This document shows positions 9,850 through 20,295 of a stretch of 64,000 bases of DNA, piece after piece. Origin of the DNA: an uncultured Gemmatimonadales bacterium (lineage in GTDB: Bacteria; Gemmatimonadota; Gemmatimonadetes; Longimicrobiales; RSA9); contig CAWCRS010000004.1 in the NCBI GenBank assembly GCA_963798085.1, positions 1 through 64,000 of the forward strand, written 5' to 3'. Positions within the stretch are counted from its first letter, which is position 1. The number at the start of each line of letters is the position of its first letter. The translations under genes and the position numbers were made by a program. The notes under the pieces were generated by a model. It did not search any database, was not told where the DNA came from, and was given only the letters and a program-made list of their open reading frames with translations.

Positions 9850-11799
9850 ATGCAGCCCCTCCATTCCCGTGGCGCGGGCGTGCTTTCCCGCCCGGCGGCG
9901 TGCGCCGTCGCGCTGCTGTCCACGCTGTGTGTCAGCCCTCTTTGCGCACAGCAGATCCGGGTCGGACCGGGCGTACAGGTCAGCCGCGATCGGCCGCAGC
10001 AGGAACACGGCGAGGCGGTGATCTGCGCGCATCTCAGCAATCCCGACCTGCTGATTGCGGCGGCGGCCAGCGCCACGCACGCCAAACCGATCTACGCGCA
10101 CGGGGAGACGTCCGGTGAGATCGCGTACTATTCGACGGACGGCGGCGCCAGCTGGCACTACGCGCTGGACACCTTCAGCGCCGGTGCGATCTCGCCCGAT
10201 GCAGCCTGTGCCTACGGGCCTGACGGCTCGGCGCACTTCAGCACCATGGTGGCCGCGCAGTACACGCCGGACAACATCGATCTCGACCTGCGCCTGCTCG
10301 ACTACCGCTCGCCCGATGGCGGCAGGACGTGGGACAAGCCGGTGCAGCTGCCCGGCGCCAGCGGCGCCGACCGCCAGTTCATGATCTTCGACAACACGGG
10401 CGGACGCTATCAGGGCCGCTACTACATGTCGTTCGACGGCTCATTCAACCAGCGTACGATCGAAAACGAGCGGGTCACGGGCGTGTTCGGTCTCAGCCGG
10501 TCGCTGGATGGCGGCCGCACCTGGGACCTCCCGGCGGTACGCGCCACCAGCAACGCCTTTCACAACGGCAACCTGGTGGTGCTCTCCGACGGCACGGTCG
10601 TGTGCGTGCTGGGCACAGCCGTGAAGCCACCGGTCAACCCTGATCCAACGCGGCGTTATCCAACCGCCAATGTGCACGTGATAACGTCGAGCGATGGCGG
10701 CGAATTCGTGTCCCGGGCGACCGTCGTGAGCGACATGTATTACCTGCCCACGGCGGGCGTTCATCGCATCAATGCCATCGCGGTGGACGGCAGTGCCGCC
10801 TACCGCGACCGGCTCTACGTGGCGTGGAACGACGACCGTTCCGGCCGCATGCGCATCCTGCTTTCCTACTCGACGGACAAGGGTCACACGTGGTCGGTAC
10901 CGCGTGCCGTTGATGACGACGTCGCGTTCGATGCGCACGACCTGTCGAAAGGGCCGCAGGCCAGCGCGCCGTGGCTCGTGGTGAACCGGGAGGGCATCGT
11001 CGGGCTGGTCTGGCTCGATCGCCGGGACATGACGGACAACGCGGGCTACCGGATGCGCTTCACCGCCTCCCTCGACGGCGGAGAGACCTGGTTGCCCAGT
11101 GTGCCGGTCATGGAGCAGCCCATGCTGCCGCGCGCCGTTTGGTCTGTGGCGCCGCGTCGCTACAACGAGCGACCCAACCCGGACACGCTCTCGCTGGCGC
11201 TGGGCTGGGACTTCTGGGACTTCACCGGTGGTGACATGACCGCGATCGATGTCGATGCGGCGGGTGGTTTCCATCCGGTATGGGTGGATGCGCGCACCGG
11301 CGTGCGGCAGATCTGGACGACCACCATTCACGTGAGCGGACCCGTCATCGCGCAGAAACAGATCACGAAAGAGCCGGTCTCGCCGGTCACGCGGGTGCTG
11401 GCACTCGAATACCTGCCCGACAGTTACGCCTGGGACGCGTCCAGCGGCAGCATCAGCGTGGATGCGCGCCTGCGCAACACAGGAAAAGAGACGTTGACCG
11501 GACCGCTGATCGCACGTGTCACCACACTGGCCACACGCGTGGCGGATGACGTGAGTGTCAGCAACAGCGACAACGGCCAGACGAGTCGTGGCGCGGAATG
11601 GGATTTCACCACCCTGATGCCCGGCGGCAAGCTCGAGCCGGGCCAGGCCACGGGCGTGAAAACACTGCGCTTCACGCTGCTCGGCGCACGGACTTTCGTG
11701 CCCGCGCGCATGACGGCCACCGGCTTCGTGATTCTCAGTCTGGAAGTACTGGGCAAGGGAGCCGTGACACCTCCGAAAAAGACCGGTTCCCGGCCCTGA
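9850..11799 (+). CDS. secreted Asp-box (BNR) beta-propeller protein with C-terminal Ig-like domain, paralog 1
   Basis: Signal peptide; repeats STDGGASW, SPDGGRTW, SLDGGRTW, STDKGHTW, SLDGGETW. Confidence 0.85.
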   Translation: MQPLHSRGAGVLSRPAACAVALLSTLCVSPLCAQQIRVGPGVQVSRDRPQQEHGEAVICAHLSNPDLLIAAAASATHAKPIYAHGETSGEIAYYSTDGGASWHYALDTFSAGAISPDAACAYGPDGSAHFSTMVAAQYTPDNIDLDLRLLDYRSPDGGRTWDKPVQLPGASGADRQFMIFDNTGGRYQGRYYMSFDGSFNQRTIENERVTGVFGLSRSLDGGRTWDLPAVRATSNAFHNGNLVVLSDGTVVCVLGTAVKPPVNPDPTRRYPTANVHVITSSDGGEFVSRATVVSDMYYLPTAGVHRINAIAVDGSAAYRDRLYVAWNDDRSGRMRILLSYSTDKGHTWSVPRAVDDDVAFDAHDLSKGPQASAPWLVVNREGIVGLVWLDRRDMTDNAGYRMRFTASLDGGETWLPSVPVMEQPMLPRAVWSVAPRRYNERPNPDTLSLALGWDFWDFTGGDMTAIDVDAAGGFHPVWVDARTGVRQIWTTTIHVSGPVIAQKQITKEPVSPVTRVLALEYLPDSYAWDASSGSISVDARLRNTGKETLTGPLIARVTTLATRVADDVSVSNSDNGQTSRGAEWDFTTLMPGGKLEPGQATGVKTLRFTLLGARTFVPARMTATGFVILSLEVLGKGAVTPPKKTGSRP

Positions 11800-11853
11800 A
11801 CGCATCACGGGTGACGCATCGTCGAAATCCAGCATCCTTCACGAGGTGATTCT

Positions 11854-13851
11854 GTGCGAGCACTTCCGGCTTTCCTCCGCTCCGTTGCGTCCGTCCGCTG
11901 TCTCGCCCGGGCGAGGCACGCGGCCCTGCTTCTCTTCCTGCCCTGGCTGCTGCCTGCGCCCGCACAGGCGCAGCGCGCTGCTGCGCCGCGCATCGCGGTC
12001 GGCCCTAACATCCGGGTCACGCCGGGCGAACACAACGAGGCGTGGCTGGCGGTGAGCAGTACCAATCCGGATGTGCTGCTGGCGATGGCGCAGGCGGGTG
12101 GGGTCACGACGAGCGCGCGCGACATCAGCACACTCATGTCGCACGATGGCGGAAATCTCTGGACGCCCATTTCCCTGCCCGGATACACGCATGGTGCTTT
12201 CGATCCGATGCCGGTGGCCGGGACCAATGGCAGACTCTACGTCATGCAGGGCATCCTGGGCGGCAGCTTCGCGTCGTCCATCGGCTCCGATGCGCGCAGC
12301 ACGCCCACCATCCGCATCTGGTCCACCACCGACGGCTGGCGCTGGAACGGGCCCACGGATCTGAAAGCGACGGTACAGCCCGATCATCCGCGCATGGTCG
12401 TGGACATGACCGCGGGGCCCCACCGGGGCAGGCTCTACGTGGCGTGGAACGACGTATCCGATCAGTTCCTGCGCGACCAGTACGAGGTGTTCCTGCAGTA
12501 CAGTGATGACGGAGGCAGGACGTTCAACGACCCGATACTGATCGATCAGCGCCACGGCGGCAAGCTGGTAGCCACCGAGCCGGTCGTGCTCTCCGACGGA
12601 ACCCTGCTTGTCACCTATTATCAGTACTGGAACCCGCTGGCGGATCCGCGCAACGACCATCTGCCCTTCTTTGTGCGTCGCTCCCCCGATGGTGGTGCGA
12701 CCTTCGAAGCGCCGGAGAAGATCTTCGAGTTCGGGCCGCACGTCTGGCGCGAGCGCGAGGGAGAATTCGCGCGCTCGTTCTCGCTGCCCATCGTCATGGC
12801 CGACACGTCTTCCGCCAGCCCGCACAAGGACCACGTCTACATCGTCTACGATGACGTGCACACCGGCAAATCCGACATTTCCCTGGTACGCTCGACGGAT
12901 GCGGGCCACACCTGGTCGCGACCCTTGCGCGTGAACGACAACGCACCGGAGTCGCCACTCGGCGTCGTCGACTATCGCATGACGCCCACGGTCGCGGTCG
13001 CGCATGACGGCACACTCGGCATCACGTGGTACGACCGGCGCAATGATCCGACGCGGCGTTGCTGGGAGTATTTCTTCGCCGCGTCCGTCAATGGCGGCGC
13101 CACGGTGGGCCCGAATCAGCCCATTTCCTCGGCCCGCTCCTGCCCGCCGCCGGGACAGGCGCCCGCTGTTGTGATCCACAACCAGAGCCCCAACGTGGAT
13201 CGCAATCGCGCGCCCGATTCGGTGACGGCCCGGCTCGGTCTGATCGAACGTCTCGGCTCACTCGCGCAGGATGCCATCCGCGCAGCGCGCGATGAAGCAG
13301 ACAAAGGATTGCCGAATGGCCGGCTGCGCGTCTCGTTCGACCCCAGCCGCAACATCTGGCCCGGACATTACTCGGGTCTCGTGGCCGATGGTAACGGCGT
13401 GTTCCACGCGCTGTGGCTGGACCGGCGCAGCGGCATGCAGGAGATGTACACGACGCGCATCACGGTCGGCGCCGCGGCGCTGAACCGCACTGGCCTCCAG
13501 GAAGGCGACATCACCCAGCTGGTGGAGATCATTGCCGGCACGCCCGTCTACGATGCCCAGAAGGGGACGGTGCGTGTGCCACTGCAGGTGCGCAATGTCT
13601 CTAATGCGCCCGTATTCGGCCCGCTCACGGTGCGCATCCTGCCGTCCACCGGCAGCAGAGCGACGGCGCCCGCGATTCTGGCGGGCGATTCCATCGCGTC
13701 AGGCATCCGTTTCAACGGCCGCCTCGGCACGGACGATATCCTGCTGCCGCTGGGTCTGAGCGAGCCCGTGGAAATCACGCTGCGTACCGCGGAAGCCACG
13801 GGGCTCAATGCCTCACTCGATTTTCGCGTGTCGGGATCGGTTCGGCGGTAG
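11854..13851 (+). CDS. secreted Asp-box beta-propeller protein, paralog 2
   Basis: Signal ending AQA; SHDGGNLW, SDDGGRTF, SPDGGATF, STDAGHTW. Confidence 0.85.
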   Translation: MRALPAFLRSVASVRCLARARHAALLLFLPWLLPAPAQAQRAAAPRIAVGPNIRVTPGEHNEAWLAVSSTNPDVLLAMAQAGGVTTSARDISTLMSHDGGNLWTPISLPGYTHGAFDPMPVAGTNGRLYVMQGILGGSFASSIGSDARSTPTIRIWSTTDGWRWNGPTDLKATVQPDHPRMVVDMTAGPHRGRLYVAWNDVSDQFLRDQYEVFLQYSDDGGRTFNDPILIDQRHGGKLVATEPVVLSDGTLLVTYYQYWNPLADPRNDHLPFFVRRSPDGGATFEAPEKIFEFGPHVWREREGEFARSFSLPIVMADTSSASPHKDHVYIVYDDVHTGKSDISLVRSTDAGHTWSRPLRVNDNAPESPLGVVDYRMTPTVAVAHDGTLGITWYDRRNDPTRRCWEYFFAASVNGGATVGPNQPISSARSCPPPGQAPAVVIHNQSPNVDRNRAPDSVTARLGLIERLGSLAQDAIRAARDEADKGLPNGRLRVSFDPSRNIWPGHYSGLVADGNGVFHALWLDRRSGMQEMYTTRITVGAAALNRTGLQEGDITQLVEIIAGTPVYDAQKGTVRVPLQVRNVSNAPVFGPLTVRILPSTGSRATAPAILAGDSIASGIRFNGRLGTDDILLPLGLSEPVEITLRTAEATGLNASLDFRVSGSVRR

Positions 13852-13925
13852 CCGGTCGCATTCGCATCTGCGTCCCTCCACTGCGCATCGCGGCGGGGGC
13901 GAACTTCAAGGTCCGGGGAGGCATC

Positions 13926-15386
13926 ATGAGTCGAACGCGTCTGCGCCGGATTTCCTTTTTCGCGGCCTGCTTCTCGTGCTGTGCCGGCTTTGCCCATCTC
14001 GGGGCACAGAACACCACGGCAGTGGTGGGCGGAACCCTGATCGATGGCACGGGTCGGCCCGCTGTCTCTAACAGCGTGATCGTGATCCGCGATGGCAGGA
14101 TCGCCGCGGTCGGGCCGGCTGCATCCGTTGCGATTCCTGCCGGCGCAACCCGGATCGACGCCAGCGGCAAGTACATCGTGCCCGGTCTGATGGATGCCAA
14201 TGTCCATCTCATCCTGGACACCTCCATCGAATTCCTCGCCCGCTACGAGGGTCGCTGGGAGGAGCTGATCGCCGAGGCGGCCCAGGTCGCTCTCAGGAAC
14301 GGGCTCACCACGGTGTTCGATTCGTGGGGACCGCTGCAGCCGCTCATGAAGGTCCGTGACCGCATCGCACACGGCGAACTGCAGGGCGCACGCATGTTCG
14401 TGGCTGGCAACATTGTCGGCTTCTCAGGGCCGTTCGGCCGCGACTTCAATGTGGCTGCGGAAACCGTGGTGACCGCACCGTTCCTCGAGCGCATCAATCA
14501 GATGTGGGAATCGGGAGTGGGCGAAGAGCTGCTCTACATGACGCCGGATATGGTGCGTGCGGCGCTGCACCGTTACGTGGCGCTGGGCCCGGACTTCATC
14601 AAGTACGGCGCCAGCGGCCATCGTGATGAGGATTTCCTGATGTTCTCGCCGGAAGCGCAGAAGGCCATCGTGGCGGAGGCACACAGCGGCGGCATCATCT
14701 CGCAGACGCACACCACGTCCGTGGAGAGTCTGCGTCAGGCGATCGAAGCGGGCAACGACATGCTGCAGCATTGCGCGGTCACCGGATCTGTCGCGATTCC
14801 GGATGCGACCATCCAGCTGCTGAAGCGAAGCGGTATCTACTGCGCCGTGCAGCCACGCACCTTGCGCCGCCTGGAGTACGAGAAGCAGTCGGTGGCCAGC
14901 GGCCCGCGCAGCGAGCAGCGCAAGGCGAGGTTGCAGATCTGGCACGAAAACGAAGTGCGCCTGATCAGGGAGGGCGTGCCCCTTCTGCTGGCCACGGATG
15001 CGGGCGTGATCCAGCCGGATCGTCTTGCCAGCATGACGGCGAAGGAGCTGCAAGACCGGCCCACCACAATGGGCGACGCACATTTTCTCTGGCTGGAAGC
15101 GATGGCGGAGAAAGGCATGAAGCCGATGGACGAAATCGTCGCCGCCACGCGCAACATTGCAGCCGCGTACCACAAGCTCGACCGCTTCGGCACACTCGAG
15201 TCAGGCAAGTACGCGGATCTCGTGATCCTGGATGCCGACCCGCTCGCGAACATCAGCAATGTGCGCAGGATTTCGCTGGTCATGAAGGAGGGCCGGGTCA
15301 TTGATCGCGACCGCCTTCCCGATCCGAAGATCCTGACGGTGCCGCGAGCTCCGGTCACGCCGACGGGCGGTGCTGCCCGCAACTGA
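13926..15386 (+). CDS. secreted amidohydrolase-family protein (imidazolonepropionase/prolidase-like fold)
   Basis: GGTLIDGTG, IVPGLMDANVH (HxH altered to NxH), LATDAG, GTLESGKYADLVILDADPL. Confidence 0.85.
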   Translation: MSRTRLRRISFFAACFSCCAGFAHLGAQNTTAVVGGTLIDGTGRPAVSNSVIVIRDGRIAAVGPAASVAIPAGATRIDASGKYIVPGLMDANVHLILDTSIEFLARYEGRWEELIAEAAQVALRNGLTTVFDSWGPLQPLMKVRDRIAHGELQGARMFVAGNIVGFSGPFGRDFNVAAETVVTAPFLERINQMWESGVGEELLYMTPDMVRAALHRYVALGPDFIKYGASGHRDEDFLMFSPEAQKAIVAEAHSGGIISQTHTTSVESLRQAIEAGNDMLQHCAVTGSVAIPDATIQLLKRSGIYCAVQPRTLRRLEYEKQSVASGPRSEQRKARLQIWHENEVRLIREGVPLLLATDAGVIQPDRLASMTAKELQDRPTTMGDAHFLWLEAMAEKGMKPMDEIVAATRNIAAAYHKLDRFGTLESGKYADLVILDADPLANISNVRRISLVMKEGRVIDRDRLPDPKILTVPRAPVTPTGGAARN

Positions 15387-15785
15387 TCGGCGGCTGGCAC
15401 GACGTTTTCGCCGGCACGCAGCACAGGCAGTGACTGTAGCTGTGCATATGTGCGTGACGCGGGCCGCTGCCAAACGTGTCTGCATCGCATCAGTTGCGCG
15501 CCAAAAGCCATTGGTACACGCACGCGCGCGTGCGGGCCGTCGCGCAGTTGCGCGGCCGCGCGTGACCATGTTGCGGCGCGCAGCCAGCGTGTATACTAGT
15601 CGCCAGTAACAGGCTGCTCGCGCCTCCCCCGGCGCGCGAAATTCGTCCGGACACTACCGCCCCCGGCACGTTCTCCCCCCCGGTGCCAGTGAACGGACTG
15701 TCGTACATCCGACGAGCGGACCGGGCAGCCCGCATCTCTCCATCCTTTTTCCCGATCGGATTGCTCTTCACGAGGAGGGCGAATC

Positions 15786-18700
15786 ATGCTGCGCGCATTC
15801 ATGCTCACGGGTGTACTGTTGCTGCCGCCGACCGCCGGCTCTGCCGTAGGACACGTGCGAACCGGGGCCAGCTATAACGCGTCGTTATCCATGCCTGCGG
15901 CAGCCGTGAGGGCGCGGCGACAGGGCACGGTCACCGGGCGGGTGACGGAGGCGGCTGCGGGCGCGCCCGTCGTGGGAGCGCTCGTCTCGGTTGTCGGCAC
16001 GCAGATCAATGCCATCACCGATGCACAGGGCCGCTACCTGCTCAGTGCGGTACCGGTGGGCCGGCGCACGATTTCCGTGCGCCGGATCGGTTACAATGAA
16101 GCCTCCACGCCTGTGACTGTAAGCGAAGGCGCAACGGCCGTCGCGGATATTGCACTCAATACCCAGGCCGTGCAGCTCAGCGAAGTGGTGGTGACAGCGA
16201 CCGGAGAGCAGCGCAAGGTCGCGCTGGGCAACGTGGTGGCGACGGTGGCCGTGGATTCCATTGTGGCCGTGGCGCCCATCACCAACGTGACGGACATGCT
16301 GGCAGGTCGAGTGCCCGGACTGCTCACGTTTTCCAACAGCGGCATCACCGGGTCGGCCCCGCGCATCCGTCTGCGTGGCTTCAACAGCCTTTCCCAGTCG
16401 AATGCTCCCCTCATGATCATCGACGGCGTGCGTGTGGAGAACAGCACGGGCGGCGGCGGCGCGCTGGGTGCCGGCACGCAGTACGGCTGGACCGCGGGCG
16501 CGGTGACCGAGCTGAACCCGGACGAGATCGAGTCTGTCGACATCGTGAAGGGACCGTCCGCGGCCACACTCTACGGCACGGATGCCGCGAACGGCGTGAT
16601 CCTGATCAAGACCAAACGCGGTCAGCCCGGCCGCACGCAGTTCACCATTTACACCGAGGGCGGGGTCATCAACCAGCCGTCACGGTGGAACGATACCTAC
16701 TATGCGTTCGGTCACACGCCCACGGGCGGTCAAACACGCTGTTCGAATCTGCTGCGCATTGCCGGCGGTTGCGCGCTGGACAGTCTTTCGGTGTGGAGTC
16801 CGATGCGCGATGCGCCCAGTTCCCCGGTCGGCACCGGCAATCGGCAGCAGCTCGGCCTCCAGGCCGCGGGCGGCGTGAATCAGTTCCGTTACTTCTTCTC
16901 GAGCGAGCTGGAGAACGAGACCGGCTACCTCAAACTTTCGGATTCCGAGATTGAGCGGCTGCGTCTGCAGCGCGGCGGCGCCGAGATTCCGCAGGAGCAG
17001 ATACGGCCCAACTATCTGAAGCGCGCTTCCCTGCGCGGCAACATCTCCACGCACCTCGGCTCCAACGCGGATCTCGCCATCAACACCGCACTGGCGTTCC
17101 AGAAGAGCCAGCTGCCCAATGCCAGCGTCTTCCAGAATGGCGCCTGGGGTCCGGGCTACAACGATACCTTCGAAGGCTGGCAGAACGGCCTCCGTCCCGG
17201 CGAGCTCTTTGCCGTTCGTTCGGCAGAGAACCTCGCCCGGCTGACCACCGGACTGTCCGCCAACTGGAATCCGGCGCCCTGGCTCACCACGCGCGGCACG
17301 GTGGGCATTGACTTTTCCAGCAACTTCTCCGACAACCTGCAGCGGCGCGACGAGGGCGGGACACCCGTAAGCCCCAGCCTCGGACGGCGGACCGAGATCC
17401 GAACCTCCACTGTGCTGTACACGGTGGACCTGGGCAGTTCCGCGTCATTCACACTGGCGCCGAACATCACGTCCCGGACCTCGATCGGCGCGCAATACAA
17501 CCGCCGCAACGTGGGCTCCGTGGCGGCCACCGGGACCAACCTGCCGCCCGGCTCCAGCACGCTGGCCGGTGCGGCCACGCTTTCCAACGCGGAATCCACC
17601 GTGCAGTCGGTTGTGGCCGGCGGCTACGGCGAGCAGATGTTCGGCTTCCATGACCGGTTCTTCGTGACTGCAGCGCTGCGCGCGGACGGCGCCAGCTCGT
17701 TCGGTCGCAATTTCAAAACAGCGTATTATCCAAAAGCCAGCGCATCCTGGGTGATCTCGGACCAGAGCTTCTTCCCGAAAACCGATCTGCTGAGCAGCCT
17801 GCGGCTGCGGCTCGCGTACGGCAGCTCCGGCGTGCAGCCGGCCGCGGTTGCGGCCCTGCCCGCCCTCCAGTTCGTCACCGTCTATGTGAACGGCGCCACG
17901 GCTACAGGCGCACAGCTTCAGGCTCTCGGGAACGCCAACCTCAAGCCTGAGCGCGTGAACGAATTCGAAGGCGGCTTCGATGCCGACATGTTCCATCAGC
18001 GTCTGCAGCTGCAGGCCACGGCCTACTACCGCAAGAGTTCGGACGCCCTGGTGCAGCGTTCCATGCCGCGCTCCATTGGCATCACCGGCACCGGCCAGCT
18101 GGACAACGTCGGCTCCGTCCGCAACCAGGGTTTCGAAGGTGACATCAAGTCCACGATCATCGACGGCCGCAAAATCGGCTTCACTCTCGACGTGAACGGC
18201 TCCGTCAACTCCAACAAGCTGCTGAAGCTCGATCCCACACTGCGGCCGCCCGAGGATCGCTTCGTCAAGTTCGTCGCGGGCTACCCGCTGTTCGGCCAGT
18301 GGGACCGCAGAGTGCTGAGCTACAAGGATGCCAACAATGATGGCGTGCTCACGCAGGACGAAGTCGTGGTGGGCGATTCCATCGAGTTCCTGGGCAACAC
18401 CAACCCGACCCGGCTCCTCAACGTGACGCCCACCATCACGCTGTTCCAGAACCACGTGCAGATCAGCTCGCTGATCATTTACCGCGGTGGCTGGATCCAG
18501 ACCAACTTCACCGAACTGAACAAGTGCAATATCGGCGGCTGCCGAGCCCGCAACGATCCCAAGGCACCGCTGCGTGAGCAGGCGGCGTACATCGCCTTCA
18601 CCAAGCCCGGTCTGACCTACGCCGGATACGAAGAGGATGGCACCTACACGCGCTGGTCCGAGGCCTCCATCTCCTACCGGGTGCACGATCAGCTGCTGCA

Positions 18701-18908
18701 GAAGGTGGGACTCGGCGTGCACAAGGCGACGCTGACGCTGAGCGCGCGCAATCTGCACCTCTGGACCAAGTACAGCGGTCTCGATCCTGAAGTCACCAAC
18801 AACCCGTCCCTCAACGGCAACTTCGGCACCGTATGGGACCTGGGGTACGACAATCCGGTTTCCCCACCATCGCGCTATGTGATCCTGCGCATGACCATCG
18901 GGTTCTGA
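15786..18908 (+). CDS. SusC/RagA-family TonB-dependent receptor
   Basis: GAGGAGG RBS, N-terminal CarboxypepD_reg-like domain, LNPDEIESVDIVKGPSAATLYGTDAANGVILIKTKRG plug motif, GNANLKPE, C-terminal Phe. Confidence 0.93.
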   Translation: MLRAFMLTGVLLLPPTAGSAVGHVRTGASYNASLSMPAAAVRARRQGTVTGRVTEAAAGAPVVGALVSVVGTQINAITDAQGRYLLSAVPVGRRTISVRRIGYNEASTPVTVSEGATAVADIALNTQAVQLSEVVVTATGEQRKVALGNVVATVAVDSIVAVAPITNVTDMLAGRVPGLLTFSNSGITGSAPRIRLRGFNSLSQSNAPLMIIDGVRVENSTGGGGALGAGTQYGWTAGAVTELNPDEIESVDIVKGPSAATLYGTDAANGVILIKTKRGQPGRTQFTIYTEGGVINQPSRWNDTYYAFGHTPTGGQTRCSNLLRIAGGCALDSLSVWSPMRDAPSSPVGTGNRQQLGLQAAGGVNQFRYFFSSELENETGYLKLSDSEIERLRLQRGGAEIPQEQIRPNYLKRASLRGNISTHLGSNADLAINTALAFQKSQLPNASVFQNGAWGPGYNDTFEGWQNGLRPGELFAVRSAENLARLTTGLSANWNPAPWLTTRGTVGIDFSSNFSDNLQRRDEGGTPVSPSLGRRTEIRTSTVLYTVDLGSSASFTLAPNITSRTSIGAQYNRRNVGSVAATGTNLPPGSSTLAGAATLSNAESTVQSVVAGGYGEQMFGFHDRFFVTAALRADGASSFGRNFKTAYYPKASASWVISDQSFFPKTDLLSSLRLRLAYGSSGVQPAAVAALPALQFVTVYVNGATATGAQLQALGNANLKPERVNEFEGGFDADMFHQRLQLQATAYYRKSSDALVQRSMPRSIGITGTGQLDNVGSVRNQGFEGDIKSTIIDGRKIGFTLDVNGSVNSNKLLKLDPTLRPPEDRFVKFVAGYPLFGQWDRRVLSYKDANNDGVLTQDEVVVGDSIEFLGNTNPTRLLNVTPTITLFQNHVQISSLIIYRGGWIQTNFTELNKCNIGGCRARNDPKAPLREQAAYIAFTKPGLTYAGYEEDGTYTRWSEASISYRVHDQLLQKVGLGVHKATLTLSARNLHLWTKYSGLDPEVTNNPSLNGNFGTVWDLGYDNPVSPPSRYVILRMTIGF

Positions 18909-18949
18909 TCGGAACACTGACGATGAAACCAGAACGGGGAGACCCTTCC

Positions 18950-20269
18950 ATGACTCGCTATCAGACAGTTTGTCCCGGGAGCCGGCGCTTCGCAGGCACT
19001 GCGCTGGCTGCACTCTGCACGTTCTCGCTGGCGTGCACGTCACTGACCGATGTGGACGCACCCGATGTCGTCCAGCCTGTTCAGCTGGAAAGCGCACAGG
19101 GCGCCGAGGCGTACACCAATGCCGCGCTGGCCAGCATCTACGGGTCGTTCGCCACCTTCGCCTATAACACGGGCGTGTTCTCGGACGAGTTCTTTCTGGC
19201 GACCGCATTCACACAGTTCGCCGACATTGACTATCGTACGCAGTCGCTGACCTTCACCGAGTACGGCCCCATTGCCATGCACCGCACGCGTACGCTCGCG
19301 TCCCTCGCCATTGACGCGCGTCGCCAGTTCGTGCCGACACCACTCTCGAAAATCGGACAGATGTTCGCCCTCAAGGGACAGGTGGAGATGTACATCGGCG
19401 AGACCAGCTGCAACGGGTACCCGCTGAGCGAAGTGGAGAACTTCACGCCCGTGTACGGCGGTCCCATCAGCAGCGACAGTATGCTCAAGCGTGCCGTCGC
19501 CGACTTCGATTCCGCCGCCTTCCTGAGTGCCGACAGTGCACGGGTTCTGAACTACGTGCGTGTAATGCGCGGCCGTACGCTGCTCGACCTGGGCCGCTAC
19601 AATGACGCCGCGGCGGCGGTGAACGGCGTGCCCACGAACTACGTCTACAACGCCGAAATGACCACGGCGGTGGGCGGACAGAGCAATACCATCTGGTCCA
19701 CGATGAGTACCGGAGGCATCACCGTTTCGGACCGCGAGGGCGGCAATGGGCTGGACTTCCGCTCGGCCAATGACCCGCGTGTGCCCACGCAGTTCGTCAG
19801 ACTGGGCACGGACGGCCTGACGCAGGCCTACACATTCTCGAAGTACACAGGGCTCGCCTCGGCGATTCCCATGGCGACCGGCGTGGAAGCGCGGCTGATC
19901 GAAGCCGAAGCCGCACTGCAGGCCAATCACAACGACACGAATACGACAGGTACAGGCTGGCTCGGCATCCTCAACAGCCTGCGGGCTTCCGCCATTTCCC
20001 CGCCCATGGCGGCCCTGGCCGACCCCGGCAGCTTCAATGCGCGCGTGAATCTGCTGTTCCGCGAACGCGCCTTCTGGATGTACGCCACGGGCCACCGCAT
20101 GGGCGACCTGCGCCGGCTTCTGCGCCAGTACAATCGCACGCACGACAGCACCTGGCCGGTGGGTGCCTACAAGGCGGGCGTGAACTACGGAACCAATGTG
20201 GTCTTCATTCTGACACTTTCGGAGCAGTCCAATCCCAACGGACGGACCTGTACGGACAAGAATCCCTAA
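18950..20269 (+). CDS. SusD/RagB-like lipoprotein
   Basis: SLAC lipobox, EARLIEAEA, LFRERAFWMYATGHRMGDLRR; directly downstream of SusC. Confidence 0.88.
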   Translation: MTRYQTVCPGSRRFAGTALAALCTFSLACTSLTDVDAPDVVQPVQLESAQGAEAYTNAALASIYGSFATFAYNTGVFSDEFFLATAFTQFADIDYRTQSLTFTEYGPIAMHRTRTLASLAIDARRQFVPTPLSKIGQMFALKGQVEMYIGETSCNGYPLSEVENFTPVYGGPISSDSMLKRAVADFDSAAFLSADSARVLNYVRVMRGRTLLDLGRYNDAAAAVNGVPTNYVYNAEMTTAVGGQSNTIWSTMSTGGITVSDREGGNGLDFRSANDPRVPTQFVRLGTDGLTQAYTFSKYTGLASAIPMATGVEARLIEAEAALQANHNDTNTTGTGWLGILNSLRASAISPPMAALADPGSFNARVNLLFRERAFWMYATGHRMGDLRRLLRQYNRTHDSTWPVGAYKAGVNYGTNVVFILTLSEQSNPNGRTCTDKNP

Positions 20270-20295
20270 CGCCCCGTCAGTGGGCTGCAGCCGAG

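Noticed and set aside
15394..15412. TGGCACG upstream of susC as a sigma54 promoter
   Set aside because: No GC at the -12 position with the required GG-N10-GC spacing
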